From NCBI GenBank assembly GCA_049322215.1, contig JBMORU010000001.1, positions 708,023 to 772,022 of the forward strand: a stretch of 64,000 bases of DNA, read 5' to 3'. This document shows positions 18,060-27,637 of the stretch, piece after piece. The notes below the pieces were generated by a model that saw only the letters and a program-made list of their open reading frames with translations, made no database searches and had not been told where the DNA came from. Position numbers and translations under genes: made by a program. Positions within the stretch are counted from its first letter, which is position 1; each line of letters begins with the position of its first letter. Source of the stretch: Patescibacteria group bacterium. Lineage in GTDB: Bacteria; Patescibacteriota; WWE3; UBA101185; UBA10185.

Positions 18060-19514
18060 ATGTTCGAACAAGCTTTTAGAAATATAGACAATGCCTTATG
18101 GAAAGACCCTGGTTGTTCTAGTGAATTAGACTATGTGGAGCAAACCTCTTGGATTTTGTTTTTGAAGTACCTAGATGATTTGGAGAAAGATAAAGCTACA
18201 GAAGCTTCTTTAGCAGGTCGTTTATTTGGGCCTATTATTTTGCCAGAATTTCAATGGGATTCATGGGCATGTCCTAAGGGAAAAGATGGGAAAATTGATT
18301 ATAACAAGGCTAGAACAGGAGATGACTTGCGAGATTTTGTTAACGACTCATTGTTTCCATATCTAAGAAAGTTTAAGGCCAATGCTGAAAGCGCAGATAC
18401 TATCGAATATAAGGTAGGTGAAATCTTCAGCGAATTAAAAAACAAAGTACAAAGTGGTTACACCTTAAGAAATGTACTGGATATTGTGGATACCATGAGT
18501 TTTAGGTCACAAGAAGAAAAGCATGAACTATCTTATCTTTATGAAGCAAAAATACAAAACATGGGCAATGCTGGTCGTAATGGCGGTGAATACTACACGC
18601 CACGACCACTAATTAAAACTATTGTTAAAGTTGTAGCTCCTAAAATAGGGGATAGAGTTTATGACGGTGCCGTTGGGTCAGCAGGATTTTTGGTAGAGGC
18701 ATACGAGTATCTTAAAAAGACAAAGGATTTAACCACTAAAGACATAGAAACTCTACAAAGAAGTACCTTCTATGGTAAAGAGAAGAAGTCTTTAGCTTAC
18801 ATCATAGGCATAATGAACATGATTTTGCACGGGATTGAAGCTCCAAACATTATCCATACAAATACTCTTTCAGAAAACATTACAGATATACAGGAAAAAG
18901 ATAGGTATGACATAGTTCTAGCAAATCCTCCTTTTGGTGGTAAGGAAAGACAAGAGGTTCAACAAAACTTTCCTATTAAAACAAGTGAAACAGCCTTTTT
19001 ATTCCTACAACACTTCATAAAGATACTTAAGGCAGGAGGTAGTGCAGGTGTTGTTATAAAAAACACCTTTTTGTCTAACACAGACAATGCATCTACAGCA
19101 CTAAGACAACATTTACTAGAAACATGCGATTTACACACAATACTAGATTTACCAAGTGGCGTATTTACAGGTGCAGGTGTAAAAACAGTCGTTTTGTTTT
19201 TTAAAAAAGGCTCTCCAACTAAAAAGGTTTGGTACTACAGATTAAATCTAGCTCGTAATTTGGGCAAAACAAATCCTTTAAATGAAAAAGACTTAGTTGA
19301 TTTCGTTGAGTTACAAAAAACAAAGGCGGATAGTGATAGCTCTTGGAGTGTTGATGTAAAAGACATAGATCAAAAGACATTTGATTTGTCGGTAAAAAAT
19401 CCAAATTCAGTTGAAGAGGTGATTTTACGCGATCCTCAAGAAATACTGGCAGAAATTAGGGAACTAGATGAGGAAAGTAGGAAAATTTTAGATAACATTG
19501 CAGGACTAATTTGA
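18060..19514 (+). CDS. hsdM: Type I restriction-modification system, N6-adenine DNA methyltransferase subunit M
   Basis: GEYYTPRPL (motif I region) and NPPFGG (motif IV). Confidence 0.85.
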   Translation: MFEQAFRNIDNALWKDPGCSSELDYVEQTSWILFLKYLDDLEKDKATEASLAGRLFGPIILPEFQWDSWACPKGKDGKIDYNKARTGDDLRDFVNDSLFPYLRKFKANAESADTIEYKVGEIFSELKNKVQSGYTLRNVLDIVDTMSFRSQEEKHELSYLYEAKIQNMGNAGRNGGEYYTPRPLIKTIVKVVAPKIGDRVYDGAVGSAGFLVEAYEYLKKTKDLTTKDIETLQRSTFYGKEKKSLAYIIGIMNMILHGIEAPNIIHTNTLSENITDIQEKDRYDIVLANPPFGGKERQEVQQNFPIKTSETAFLFLQHFIKILKAGGSAGVVIKNTFLSNTDNASTALRQHLLETCDLHTILDLPSGVFTGAGVKTVVLFFKKGSPTKKVWYYRLNLARNLGKTNPLNEKDLVDFVELQKTKADSDSSWSVDVKDIDQKTFDLSVKNPNSVEEVILRDPQEILAEIRELDEESRKILDNIAGLI

Positions 19515-20717
19515 ATGTCATTAGGTAATTGGACATCACATAAGTTAAAAGATTTGTGCTATAAAATTACTGATGGTAGCCATAACCCACCAAAAGGTGT
19601 ACCTTCAAGTCCTTATTTAATGCTAAGTTCCAAGAATGTTAATAACGATCTGCTAACTTTTGATAAGCCTAGGTACTTAGACGAAAAGAATTATATTGCA
19701 GAGAATAAACGTACACAGGTGCAGGAAGGAGACGTGCTTCTGACTATTGTAGGGACTATTGGTAGAGCTGCAGTTATTTCTAAAGGAGTAGAAAATTTAA
19801 CATTCCAACGTAGTGTTGCAGTACTAAAGCCTAGAAAGCAACTTGTAAGCTCTAGGTTTTTAATGTATTTGTTGCAGTTTAATTTTGAGTTGTTAAATAA
19901 AAACGCCAGGGGGGTTGCTCAAAAGGGTATTTACTTAAGACAACTGAATGATCTATCAGTTTATATACCAGATATTCCCACTCAAGATCATATAGTTAGT
20001 GTACTTGATGATGCATTTGTCGATTTAGAAAAGGTGTCCTTCAAATTAGTGGAAAACAGCAAAAATGCAGAGGAACTGTTTTTCTCGCATCTCAATCAAG
20101 CTTTTACTGCACCACTTGATGATAATTGGGTTAGGACACCACTTAGCGCCCATGTAAGGTTCATAGATTACAGAGGAAGGACCCCGAAAAAAACTGAATC
20201 TGGGTTGAAGTTAATTACAGCAAAAAATGTGAAAATGGGCTATTTGCAAAATGCGCCTGAGGAATTTGTTGACGAAAATATCTACAGTTCTTGGATGGTC
20301 CGTGGCATTCCATTAATGGGGGATATTCTTTTTTCCACTGAAGCTCCGATGGGAAATGTTGCTACACTCCATACAAATGAAAAGGTGGTTTTTGCTCAGA
20401 GAATTATCATACTTCAACCTGACAGAAGCATTATAAACCCTGAATTTCTCAAATTTATGCTCATGTCATCTTATTTTCAGAATCTATTGTCAGCTAATGG
20501 TACTGGCGCAACTGTCAAAGGTATTAAATCCAGTATTTTAAAAAGGCTTCCAATAGTATTTCCCAAATCTTTAGGAGAACAGAAAAATCTAGCAGAAAAG
20601 TTCACTCGTTTATCTAGCCAATGCGATGTGCTTAAGGATTCATATAACCACAAGAAAACTATTGTGGAGGAACTAAAAAAATCAATCCTAAACAAAGCCT
20701 TTAGCGGTGAGCTATAA
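19515..20717 (+). CDS. hsdS: Type I restriction-modification system specificity subunit S (two target-recognition domains)
   Basis: Start abuts the hsdM stop. Duplicated TRD architecture with conserved spacer repeats. Confidence 0.75.
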   Translation: MSLGNWTSHKLKDLCYKITDGSHNPPKGVPSSPYLMLSSKNVNNDLLTFDKPRYLDEKNYIAENKRTQVQEGDVLLTIVGTIGRAAVISKGVENLTFQRSVAVLKPRKQLVSSRFLMYLLQFNFELLNKNARGVAQKGIYLRQLNDLSVYIPDIPTQDHIVSVLDDAFVDLEKVSFKLVENSKNAEELFFSHLNQAFTAPLDDNWVRTPLSAHVRFIDYRGRTPKKTESGLKLITAKNVKMGYLQNAPEEFVDENIYSSWMVRGIPLMGDILFSTEAPMGNVATLHTNEKVVFAQRIIILQPDRSIINPEFLKFMLMSSYFQNLLSANGTGATVKGIKSSILKRLPIVFPKSLGEQKNLAEKFTRLSSQCDVLKDSYNHKKTIVEELKKSILNKAFSGEL

Positions 20718-20742
20718 TAAATTTAATTAATTTTTAATATTT

Positions 20743-23061
20743 ATGAACGAAGCAGAAACAAGAGCAGAATACATTGATCCTATGCTAACTAATGCAGGTT
20801 GGGGAGTTGTTGACGGCTCTAAAGTGCTTCGAGAACATCATTTAACAGCAGGAAGAATCCAAGTAGGCGGTGTCAGAGGTAAAAAAGACATTGCTGACTA
20901 TGTTTTAGTATATAAAAACCAAAAACTAGCCATTGTAGAAGCCAAAAAGTTTGATTCTTTACCTACAGAAGGTGTTGCACAAGCCAAGCTTTATGCTGAG
21001 AAGCTTCAACTTTCTTATACATATTCAACCAATGGTCAAAAAGTATATGAGATATGCATGGATACAGGTAAAGAAGACTATATCGATGCTTTTCCTACTC
21101 CTGACGAGCTTTGGAGTAGAGTACATACGGAGCAAAATACATGGAAAGATAAGTTTTCAGCTATACCATTCGAAGATTTTGGTGGTACAAAGCAACCTAG
21201 ATATTATCAGGAAAATGCAACCAACAACGCACTAAATGCCATAGCTGATGACAAAGACCGTATATTGCTAACTTTAGCTACAGGCGTAGGTAAAACATAT
21301 CTTGCATTCCAGATTGCTTGGAAATTATTTCATGCTAGATGGACATTACAAAAAGATGGAGCAAGAAGACCTCGTATACTCTTTCTAGCTGATAGAAATA
21401 TATTAGCCGATCAAGCATTTAACTCCTTCTCGGCTTTTCCAGAAGACGCACTAATAAGAATTAATCCGCTAGATATAAGAAAAAAAGGTGCTGTCCCTAA
21501 AAATGGAAGTATATTCTTTACTATTTTTCAAACCTTTATGAGTGGGCAAGACAATACACCTTACTATGGCGACTATCCTCCTGATTTCTTTGATTTAATA
21601 ATAATTGATGAATGCCATCGTGGTGGTGCTAATGACGAATCTAACTGGCGTGGGATTATGGAATACTTTTCGCCTGCGGTTCAACTAGGTTTAACAGCTA
21701 CACCTAAAAGAAAAGATAACGTGGATACCTATCGTTATTTTGGTGAGCCTGTGTACACATATTCACTTAAGGAAGGTATTAATGACGGATTTTTGACACC
21801 ATTTAAGGTTAAGCGGATTAGAACAACACTAGATGAATATATCTATACCTCTGATGACAAAGTTGTTGAAGGTGAAGTAGAGCAAGGAAAGGTCTACACA
21901 GAACTAGATTTTAACCGAACTATAGAAATTGAAGAACGTGAACGTACCAGAGTAAGAATATTCATGGATGAAATCAACCAAAACGAAAAGACATTGGTGT
22001 TTTGTGCAACTCAAGGGCATGCCTTGTTAGTAAGAGACTTAATCAATCAACTAAAAGAAAGCAAAGATCCTAACTATTGTGTGCGAGTTACTGCTAATGA
22101 TGGGTTTTTAGGTGAACAATATCTAAGGGAATTTCAAGACAACGAAAAAACTATACCTACAATACTTACAACCTCACAAAAACTATCAACTGGTGTTGAT
22201 GCTCGCAATGTTAGAAATATTGTCCTTATGCGTCCTATAAATACAATGGTTGAATTTAAACAAATTGTAGGTAGGGGAACTAGATTATTTGACGGCAAGG
22301 AGTATTTTACAATTTATGACTTTGTTGACGCTTATAAGATGTTTTTAGATGACGAATGGGATGGCGAGCCTGTTGATGAAACTACAATCGATGAAGGTGG
22401 TGGCAGAGAAAAACCAAAAGGTGGTAGAAAAGGTCCAATAGACCCGCCTCCAACACCTCCAGAGCCTGGTCCAGAACCAGTTAAAAGATTAAAAATAAAA
22501 CTAGCCGATGGTAAAGAGCGAGAAATACAGCACATGGTATCAACGTCATTTTGGAGTCCAGATGGCAGGCCTATTTCTGCAGAAGAATTTTTAAAGGAAA
22601 TGTTTGGCAAGCTACCTGAGTTTTTCCAAAGCGAGGAAGAACTACGCTCAATTTGGGCAAATCCAACCACGAGAGCACAATTTTTAGACAAGCTAGAGGA
22701 GCAAGGTTACGGAAAAGCAGAACTAGAGAACCTTAAAAAGGTAGTAAATGCCGAAAATAGCGACTTATTTGATGTTTTGTCTTATGTCTCTTATGCTATT
22801 ACTCCAATCACTAGAGTTGAACGAGTAGCTAAAACCACACCTTTAATGCTGTCAGGTTTAAACGAAAGACACATTGAGTTTTTAGAGTTTGTGTTATCCA
22901 AATATGTTGAAATTGGGGACGAAGAATTGGAAGAAAAGAAGTTGCCAATACTATTAAATTTGAAGTACCAAGCTATTGCAGACGCTGAAAAACTACTAGG
23001 TGGTGTGGAAAAGATTAGAGACACATTTTTTAACTTCCAAAAAGCTTTGTATTCTGCATAA
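20743..23061 (+). CDS. hsdR: Type I restriction enzyme R subunit (short, 772 aa)
   Basis: N-terminus MNEAETRAEYIDPML, Walker A TGVGKT, DECH box (IIDECHRG), helicase C-terminal QIVGRGTR. Confidence 0.8.
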   Translation: MNEAETRAEYIDPMLTNAGWGVVDGSKVLREHHLTAGRIQVGGVRGKKDIADYVLVYKNQKLAIVEAKKFDSLPTEGVAQAKLYAEKLQLSYTYSTNGQKVYEICMDTGKEDYIDAFPTPDELWSRVHTEQNTWKDKFSAIPFEDFGGTKQPRYYQENATNNALNAIADDKDRILLTLATGVGKTYLAFQIAWKLFHARWTLQKDGARRPRILFLADRNILADQAFNSFSAFPEDALIRINPLDIRKKGAVPKNGSIFFTIFQTFMSGQDNTPYYGDYPPDFFDLIIIDECHRGGANDESNWRGIMEYFSPAVQLGLTATPKRKDNVDTYRYFGEPVYTYSLKEGINDGFLTPFKVKRIRTTLDEYIYTSDDKVVEGEVEQGKVYTELDFNRTIEIEERERTRVRIFMDEINQNEKTLVFCATQGHALLVRDLINQLKESKDPNYCVRVTANDGFLGEQYLREFQDNEKTIPTILTTSQKLSTGVDARNVRNIVLMRPINTMVEFKQIVGRGTRLFDGKEYFTIYDFVDAYKMFLDDEWDGEPVDETTIDEGGGREKPKGGRKGPIDPPPTPPEPGPEPVKRLKIKLADGKEREIQHMVSTSFWSPDGRPISAEEFLKEMFGKLPEFFQSEEELRSIWANPTTRAQFLDKLEEQGYGKAELENLKKVVNAENSDLFDVLSYVSYAITPITRVERVAKTTPLMLSGLNERHIEFLEFVLSKYVEIGDEELEEKKLPILLNLKYQAIADAEKLLGGVEKIRDTFFNFQKALYSA

Positions 23062-23064
23062 CCT

Positions 23065-23271
23065 ATGGCATTACCAGATCAAGCTATTGTTGAATTTATA
23101 GAAATTTACAAAAAAGAGATTGGTGAAACTCTAAATATGCCAGAGGCTAGAGTACGTGCTCAGAAATTTTTTGATTTTTGTAAAGTTATAACCAAACCAA
23201 TTCAAAATAGTGATAAATCCGTTGTAGGTATAAGCAAAGCTAAGGATGCCAAGTTGAGTACAGGCAAATAA
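23065..23271 (+). CDS. Small hypothetical protein immediately after hsdR
   Basis: ORF starts 3 bp after the hsdR stop. Confidence 0.3.
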   Translation: MALPDQAIVEFIEIYKKEIGETLNMPEARVRAQKFFDFCKVITKPIQNSDKSVVGISKAKDAKLSTGK

Positions 23272-23441
23272 TCAGACATATATCCCTGAGCTTTTACAAT
23301 CCATTCTAAACCCATTTAAATTACTTTCAGGTATGTTTATGTGGTTTGAGGTATAAATTTATTACAAACCATTTTACGAGTTTTAAGCGTACCCTTAGGG
23401 TTTCTAAGGTTTTATTATAAAAAGATTATAATTATAATTAT

Positions 23442-23996
23442 TTACAATCCCCAGATCGCTGTAGTTTGATTATCGCAAAACATTGTAAGTGTTTGTGGCT
23501 TCATGCTGAATGGATTAAATCTGTTTGAGTCTTTGTCTACAAACTTTGCATATCCAAGTGTTAATGTTTCTCCTATCTCTACACCAAACACCTCTTGTGG
23601 TTGTGCAAACTTTGGGTACGAAGGGAAGTAGTAGGCGTTATTCAAGCTCATGTAGCAATTTTCCCATGCAAAGTTGTTAAGGTTTGTAAGTTTCACTTGA
23701 GCATCGTTGTGTAGTAACTCAGACTGGGTTTGTCTTTTTGTAGGCTTAGGAGTTGGTGCCGTTTGAGGTGTTTCAGCAGGTAGGCTTGATGGGTCAACGA
23801 ATAACATTGTTACAAAACCCGACAGTGCTCCAATTATAAGTAGTAGCATGAAGCCTTTAATTATGGTTTCAAGGAACGAACCTTTTTTCTTTTTTACTGG
23901 GGAGGTGTTTGAATTTTGTACTGAGGAATTACGAATTTGAGCACGAAATTGCTCTTCTTCTAGAATCTTTTGCTTTTCAGTTTCTGTTAATGCCAT
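23442..23996 (-). CDS. Hypothetical single-pass membrane protein
   Basis: The ORF track begins at a TTG (24056). I prefer the internal ATG giving MALTETEKQ... One TM helix. Confidence 0.4.
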   Translation of the reverse strand: MALTETEKQKILEEEQFRAQIRNSSVQNSNTSPVKKKKGSFLETIIKGFMLLLIIGALSGFVTMLFVDPSSLPAETPQTAPTPKPTKRQTQSELLHNDAQVKLTNLNNFAWENCYMSLNNAYYFPSYPKFAQPQEVFGVEIGETLTLGYAKFVDKDSNRFNPFSMKPQTLTMFCDNQTTAIWGL

Positions 23997-24030
23997 CTTG
24001 ACCTTTCCAGAGTTGTTGAATAAATACAAA

Positions 24031-24143
24031 AAGGGACAACTCTTCTGTAACGTCAAGCCGGGAAGCCATTAGTCCTAGGAAAGAGTTGCCCCTTTTTAGG
24101 ACTAATGGCATTGCCATAAGTTTAATTAATAGCTTCCCGGCTT
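24031..24143. repeat. Nested triple inverted-repeat structure (complex stem-loops)
   Basis: Outer pair AAGCCGGGAAGC/GCTTCCCGGCTT, middle pair CATTAGTCCTAG/CTAGGACTAATG, inner pair GGGACAACTCTT/AAGAGTTGCCCC. Confidence 0.55.
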
Positions 24144-24190
24144 ATTTAGTTATATGTGGATTATATAATATAAAAATCAAAAGTGAGAGC

Positions 24191-24484
24191 TTATTCGTCA
24201 ATAGGAAATAAAGAAAGAGAAGTAAATCTTTTTGAAGCTTTCATTATAGGTTCCAGCTCCTCACACAGAGTGTTAAAGTCCTGACTTGTTTTTTCTAATG
24301 ATTTATAGAAGCAGTTTATACAATATCTGAAATTTCCCATACCCCTACAGCGTTTAATATCTACAGCGTAATTTCCTGCAAGCAGTTGCTCATTGCATAT
24401 TTTACATTTGGATACTTTTTTGACTTTAACCAACTTTGGTTTTCCCAGATTACTGCTGATCAAAGAGGGTGGTGTTTTGGACAT
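24191..24484 (-). CDS. Small zinc-ribbon protein (two CxxC pairs)
   Basis: CKIC...CRG...CINC pattern. Its start overlaps the 3' end of the helicase gene by 35 nt. Confidence 0.45.
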   Translation of the reverse strand: MSKTPPSLISSNLGKPKLVKVKKVSKCKICNEQLLAGNYAVDIKRCRGMGNFRYCINCFYKSLEKTSQDFNTLCEELEPIMKASKRFTSLSLFPIDE

Positions 24485-26528
24485 CTTTCTTTATAATCTT
24501 GCTTTGTTTTGCAAGAATCTCATCTCTTAATTTTCTACTAATCTCAGGTAGCGACCTAATGATTTCTTTAAACTCTGTTATTGACCACTGGTTACGCTCT
24601 TTGTTGCCAAGACTATATTTTATCTTCTGATTTAGCAAAATTTTTAGTGCCACTAAATTATTTGAAGCATTTGGTAGCTGGTAGCCATATTTAAAAGGAA
24701 TCTCGATTCCGGTAACTTCTAACTTGCATATATTTAGTATGGCTTTCACATTTCTCGATACGTCTGCGTCTAGTCGTGCCCTTAATCCCTGCCATTCCTT
24801 TTGAGGTTGTACTACTATTTTAGGCATTGCCCTCACAGTGTCCATTCCCTTATGACGGCTTTCTAAAGTTTTTTCAATTAATTCCTCTGTAATATCTACT
24901 CCTAAGTTAGCGTAGAATGATCTGATTTCTTTTTTGAGTAATTCCTCATCATCAAGAAAATCTTCAGTAAATAGTTGATCCACTATTTCCTTGTTTACAA
25001 CCACCCTTTCTTCCATTCTTTGAATTGTCCTACCTTCTTTTATATCTTCTCGTGGAATGCTAGGTTCCGGACTTGGTTCTCCCCCCAGGACACTTGCCCA
25101 AAATTCTTCGTCGTCGCTATCAAATGCTCTAAACTCTTCGAATCTGTTATCAAGATTCATGCCTATATGGGTCACTATATACCCGTAGTTATCTGGGTGC
25201 CCGGGAGAATTCTGTACTACTACACGTAGTATTCTGCCTACGAATTGTATGTATGGGGATAAAGATCTAAATGGGTTGAAGATTGCTGCTACACTTAGCT
25301 TTGGATGATCAAAACCTTCTCCAAGCATTTGTACTTGCACAATGCAATCCAAAAGCCCTGCTTTAAGCTTTCTTTTTACCTCCTCCTGTTTTCCTGGATC
25401 CATTTTGGAATGTATTACCTCAGTTGTGTATCCGCGTTCATTGTACAAACTGCATATTTTTTCTGCATGTGAAATTGACATAGCTACTGCTATTATTTGG
25501 TGTTGTGTGCCTGTTAGTCTTAGCTCCTCTAGTTTTCCCAGGCTGTTGTCAACAATACTTATGTTGCAGGCTTCTGAGGTAGCTATCCCTCTACTAAACC
25601 AATCCTCTTCCTTCATTTTAAGAATCTCTTCTAGGGTGTATTCCTTCGTGCTTTTTTCATCCGTAAATTTCAATTCTATAGTATCAGGGGCAACATAATA
25701 TGATGCTAATCGTTTAATAAATCCTTTGGTAGTAGCACTTTTAAAAGAATATCTATAAACTAACTTACCTTCAATTTCCTGTTTATCAGATCTAAATGGT
25801 GTCGCAGTTAAGAATAGTTTTTTAGCGTTAGTAAACTTATTAAAAACCATAGTCCAGCTCTTCGCAGGGCTGTGGTGTGCCTCATCAACAATTATCATAT
25901 CGAAAAAGTCTGATTCAAACTTGTCTAACCATTTATTTGGGTTTGTTGCAAGCTGTTGCACGTTTGATACTACGAAGTGAGATTCTTGGCAAATGGAGAG
26001 GTTAGAATTCTCAAGTGTTGTTACGTAGGGACCTGATAGCATGTCCTCTTCTCTTAATACGGAAGTTTTTTTCCAAAAACACTTAGAATGATTAAGATCT
26101 AGCGTATCCCTAAGTTCGTCTCTTATTGTTAGATTAGGTGAAAGAACAAGCACCCTACCAGATGACACCCCGAATGGGACTATTGCTGCAGTTCCAGATT
26201 TTCCACATCCCACAGGCAATTGTACAATTGCTGGTGTAACTTCATTACCACTATCAAAATAATCTCTTACTGCAACATATGCTTCCATCTGTGGTTCTCT
26301 TAAGGAGTAATTGTCTTCAATGTAGGCATGTGTGCTCTTGAAAAAATCCTTTATGCCTTTGCTTCTTAATACCCACTCATCTAGTAATTCCCTGTTGAAT
26401 ACCCAACGGTTCTTAACCTTGTTTACTGGAATTTTTCCGTTTTGTGCAAGGCCATAAAGCGTAGTTTTCCCTATGCTAAGGTATTTAGAAGCTTGTTCAA
26501 GTGTCAGCCAGTTATCGTTAGTTATCAT
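24450..26528 (-). CDS. Excisionase-type HTH fused to an SF2 DEAH-box helicase (ResIII-like N-lobe plus helicase C-lobe) with an uncharacterised C-terminal domain of about 200 aa
   Basis: N-terminus LTLEQASKYLSIGKTTLYGLAQNGKIPVNKV (HTH_17-like). Walker A GCGKSG, DEAH (IVDEAHH), TAT motif III, motif VI QFVGRILR. Confidence 0.7.
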   Translation of the reverse strand: MITNDNWLTLEQASKYLSIGKTTLYGLAQNGKIPVNKVKNRWVFNRELLDEWVLRSKGIKDFFKSTHAYIEDNYSLREPQMEAYVAVRDYFDSGNEVTPAIVQLPVGCGKSGTAAIVPFGVSSGRVLVLSPNLTIRDELRDTLDLNHSKCFWKKTSVLREEDMLSGPYVTTLENSNLSICQESHFVVSNVQQLATNPNKWLDKFESDFFDMIIVDEAHHSPAKSWTMVFNKFTNAKKLFLTATPFRSDKQEIEGKLVYRYSFKSATTKGFIKRLASYYVAPDTIELKFTDEKSTKEYTLEEILKMKEEDWFSRGIATSEACNISIVDNSLGKLEELRLTGTQHQIIAVAMSISHAEKICSLYNERGYTTEVIHSKMDPGKQEEVKRKLKAGLLDCIVQVQMLGEGFDHPKLSVAAIFNPFRSLSPYIQFVGRILRVVVQNSPGHPDNYGYIVTHIGMNLDNRFEEFRAFDSDDEEFWASVLGGEPSPEPSIPREDIKEGRTIQRMEERVVVNKEIVDQLFTEDFLDDEELLKKEIRSFYANLGVDITEELIEKTLESRHKGMDTVRAMPKIVVQPQKEWQGLRARLDADVSRNVKAILNICKLEVTGIEIPFKYGYQLPNASNNLVALKILLNQKIKYSLGNKERNQWSITEFKEIIRSLPEISRKLRDEILAKQSKIIKKDVQNTTLFDQQ

Positions 26529-26622
26529 ATGCTATCAAATGATAACACAGATCATTTGTATGTCAACGACTCTGGGAATTTCTATGTGTAATCTATAAAA
26601 CTGGTCTTTGCTATTTTATTCT

Positions 26623-26631
26623 TGATATAAT
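26623..26631 (+). promoter_or_regulatory. Extended -10 promoter element (TGaTATAAT) upstream of the small basic ORF
   Basis: TTGATATAATG, about 100 nt upstream of ATG 26736. Confidence 0.3.
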
Positions 26632-26735
26632 GTATGTGCTTTGGGTAGTCCTTTGCTCTGAGCTGAAATACGAGGTGCTTGAGGAGAACTCTCCTGGTCT
26701 CGCCTCTAGTATTTTGGCGAGAAAGGAGCAAAAAA

Positions 26736-26909
26736 ATGTCTAACTCTCAAATTGCCTACACGGGCAAACCGGCACCTAGGTCTGGACAGTACCGAGCTTC
26801 TGGTAGCAACGTAGAGATTACGTTGGTCAAGGGCAAACGTACACCCCCAAACAACATGGGTGTAAGACAAAAGTTCTTTTTAGTTGACAAGACTAAACAC
26901 AAGAACTAA
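26736..26909 (+). CDS. Small basic protein (57 aa) with a strong RBS
   Basis: GAAAGGAGCAAAAAA then ATG. Lys/Arg-rich. Confidence 0.3.
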   Translation: MSNSQIAYTGKPAPRSGQYRASGSNVEITLVKGKRTPPNNMGVRQKFFLVDKTKHKN

Positions 26910-27179
26910 TGTGAGGCAGGACTACCCAGGCATGTATTCTTAAGTTAACTTAGCCAAATCAAAACCACCCGTGTAAAACTCCCCATAAATGAAATCCTCC
27001 ACATACTGCCTCACTTTTGTAGCATATGTTGAAGGACCCCAATAAAAACACCCTTTAACAGCAACATTTCTAGCTATACCCAAATGTTAAATTGAACCCC
27101 AGTTAACCCTGTAGTATACTAGCCCCAAGTTATATTCCCGTTAATACTGGTCATCTGACACAAAGGAGAAAGCTATCTA

Positions 27180-27593
27180 ATGTCCAAAGCCTTAATTATG
27201 CTTAAGCCTGATGGTGTAGGACTGCATTTAGACGTTGAACTTGAGGATTTGTTACGAGTCTCAGGTTTGCGTGTTGTTGAAAGAAAAAAGGTCAGATTGA
27301 CTGAACAAACAATTCGTAAGCTGTATGGTAAGTACCAGGAGAGGTGGTTCTTCGATGAATTGATCGTGTACTTAACCTCAGACAATTGTCTTTTATACAT
27401 CTGCGAAGGTAAAGATGCATTTAGGAAGGTTAAAGAAATCTGTGGTAACAGCTACGATGGAACTGGTATACGAGGTAAGTACTCTTCTCATAGGTTAGAA
27501 GACCCAAGTGGTAGAGTAGTGTTGATGAAAAACGTTGTGCATGTGTCTGATAGTTGTGATTTTAATAGGGAATATGAATTACTTAAAGCGTAG
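27180..27593 (+). CDS. ndk: Nucleoside diphosphate kinase-like protein (divergent)
   Basis: RBS AAAGGAG. IMLKPDGV, a Kpn-loop-like GTGIRGKY and the active-site region NVVHVSDS (corresponding to NxxHGSD). Confidence 0.6.
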   Translation: MSKALIMLKPDGVGLHLDVELEDLLRVSGLRVVERKKVRLTEQTIRKLYGKYQERWFFDELIVYLTSDNCLLYICEGKDAFRKVKEICGNSYDGTGIRGKYSSHRLEDPSGRVVLMKNVVHVSDSCDFNREYELLKA

Positions 27594-27637
27594 GTATTTT
27601 TTGATACCATAGTAAAATACTTACGCTTTTTTTTGTT
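27589..27637 (+). terminator. Hairpin plus T8 overlapping the ndk stop and abutting the next start codon (attenuator or partial terminator)
   Basis: GCGTAGGTATTTT-loop-AAATACTTACGC then TTTTTTTT, followed directly by ATG 27638. Confidence 0.5.

Noticed and set aside
22332-22691. 119-aa minus-strand ORF within hsdR
   Set aside because: It is antisense to a motif-rich hsdR region and has low-complexity Ser/Gly translation.
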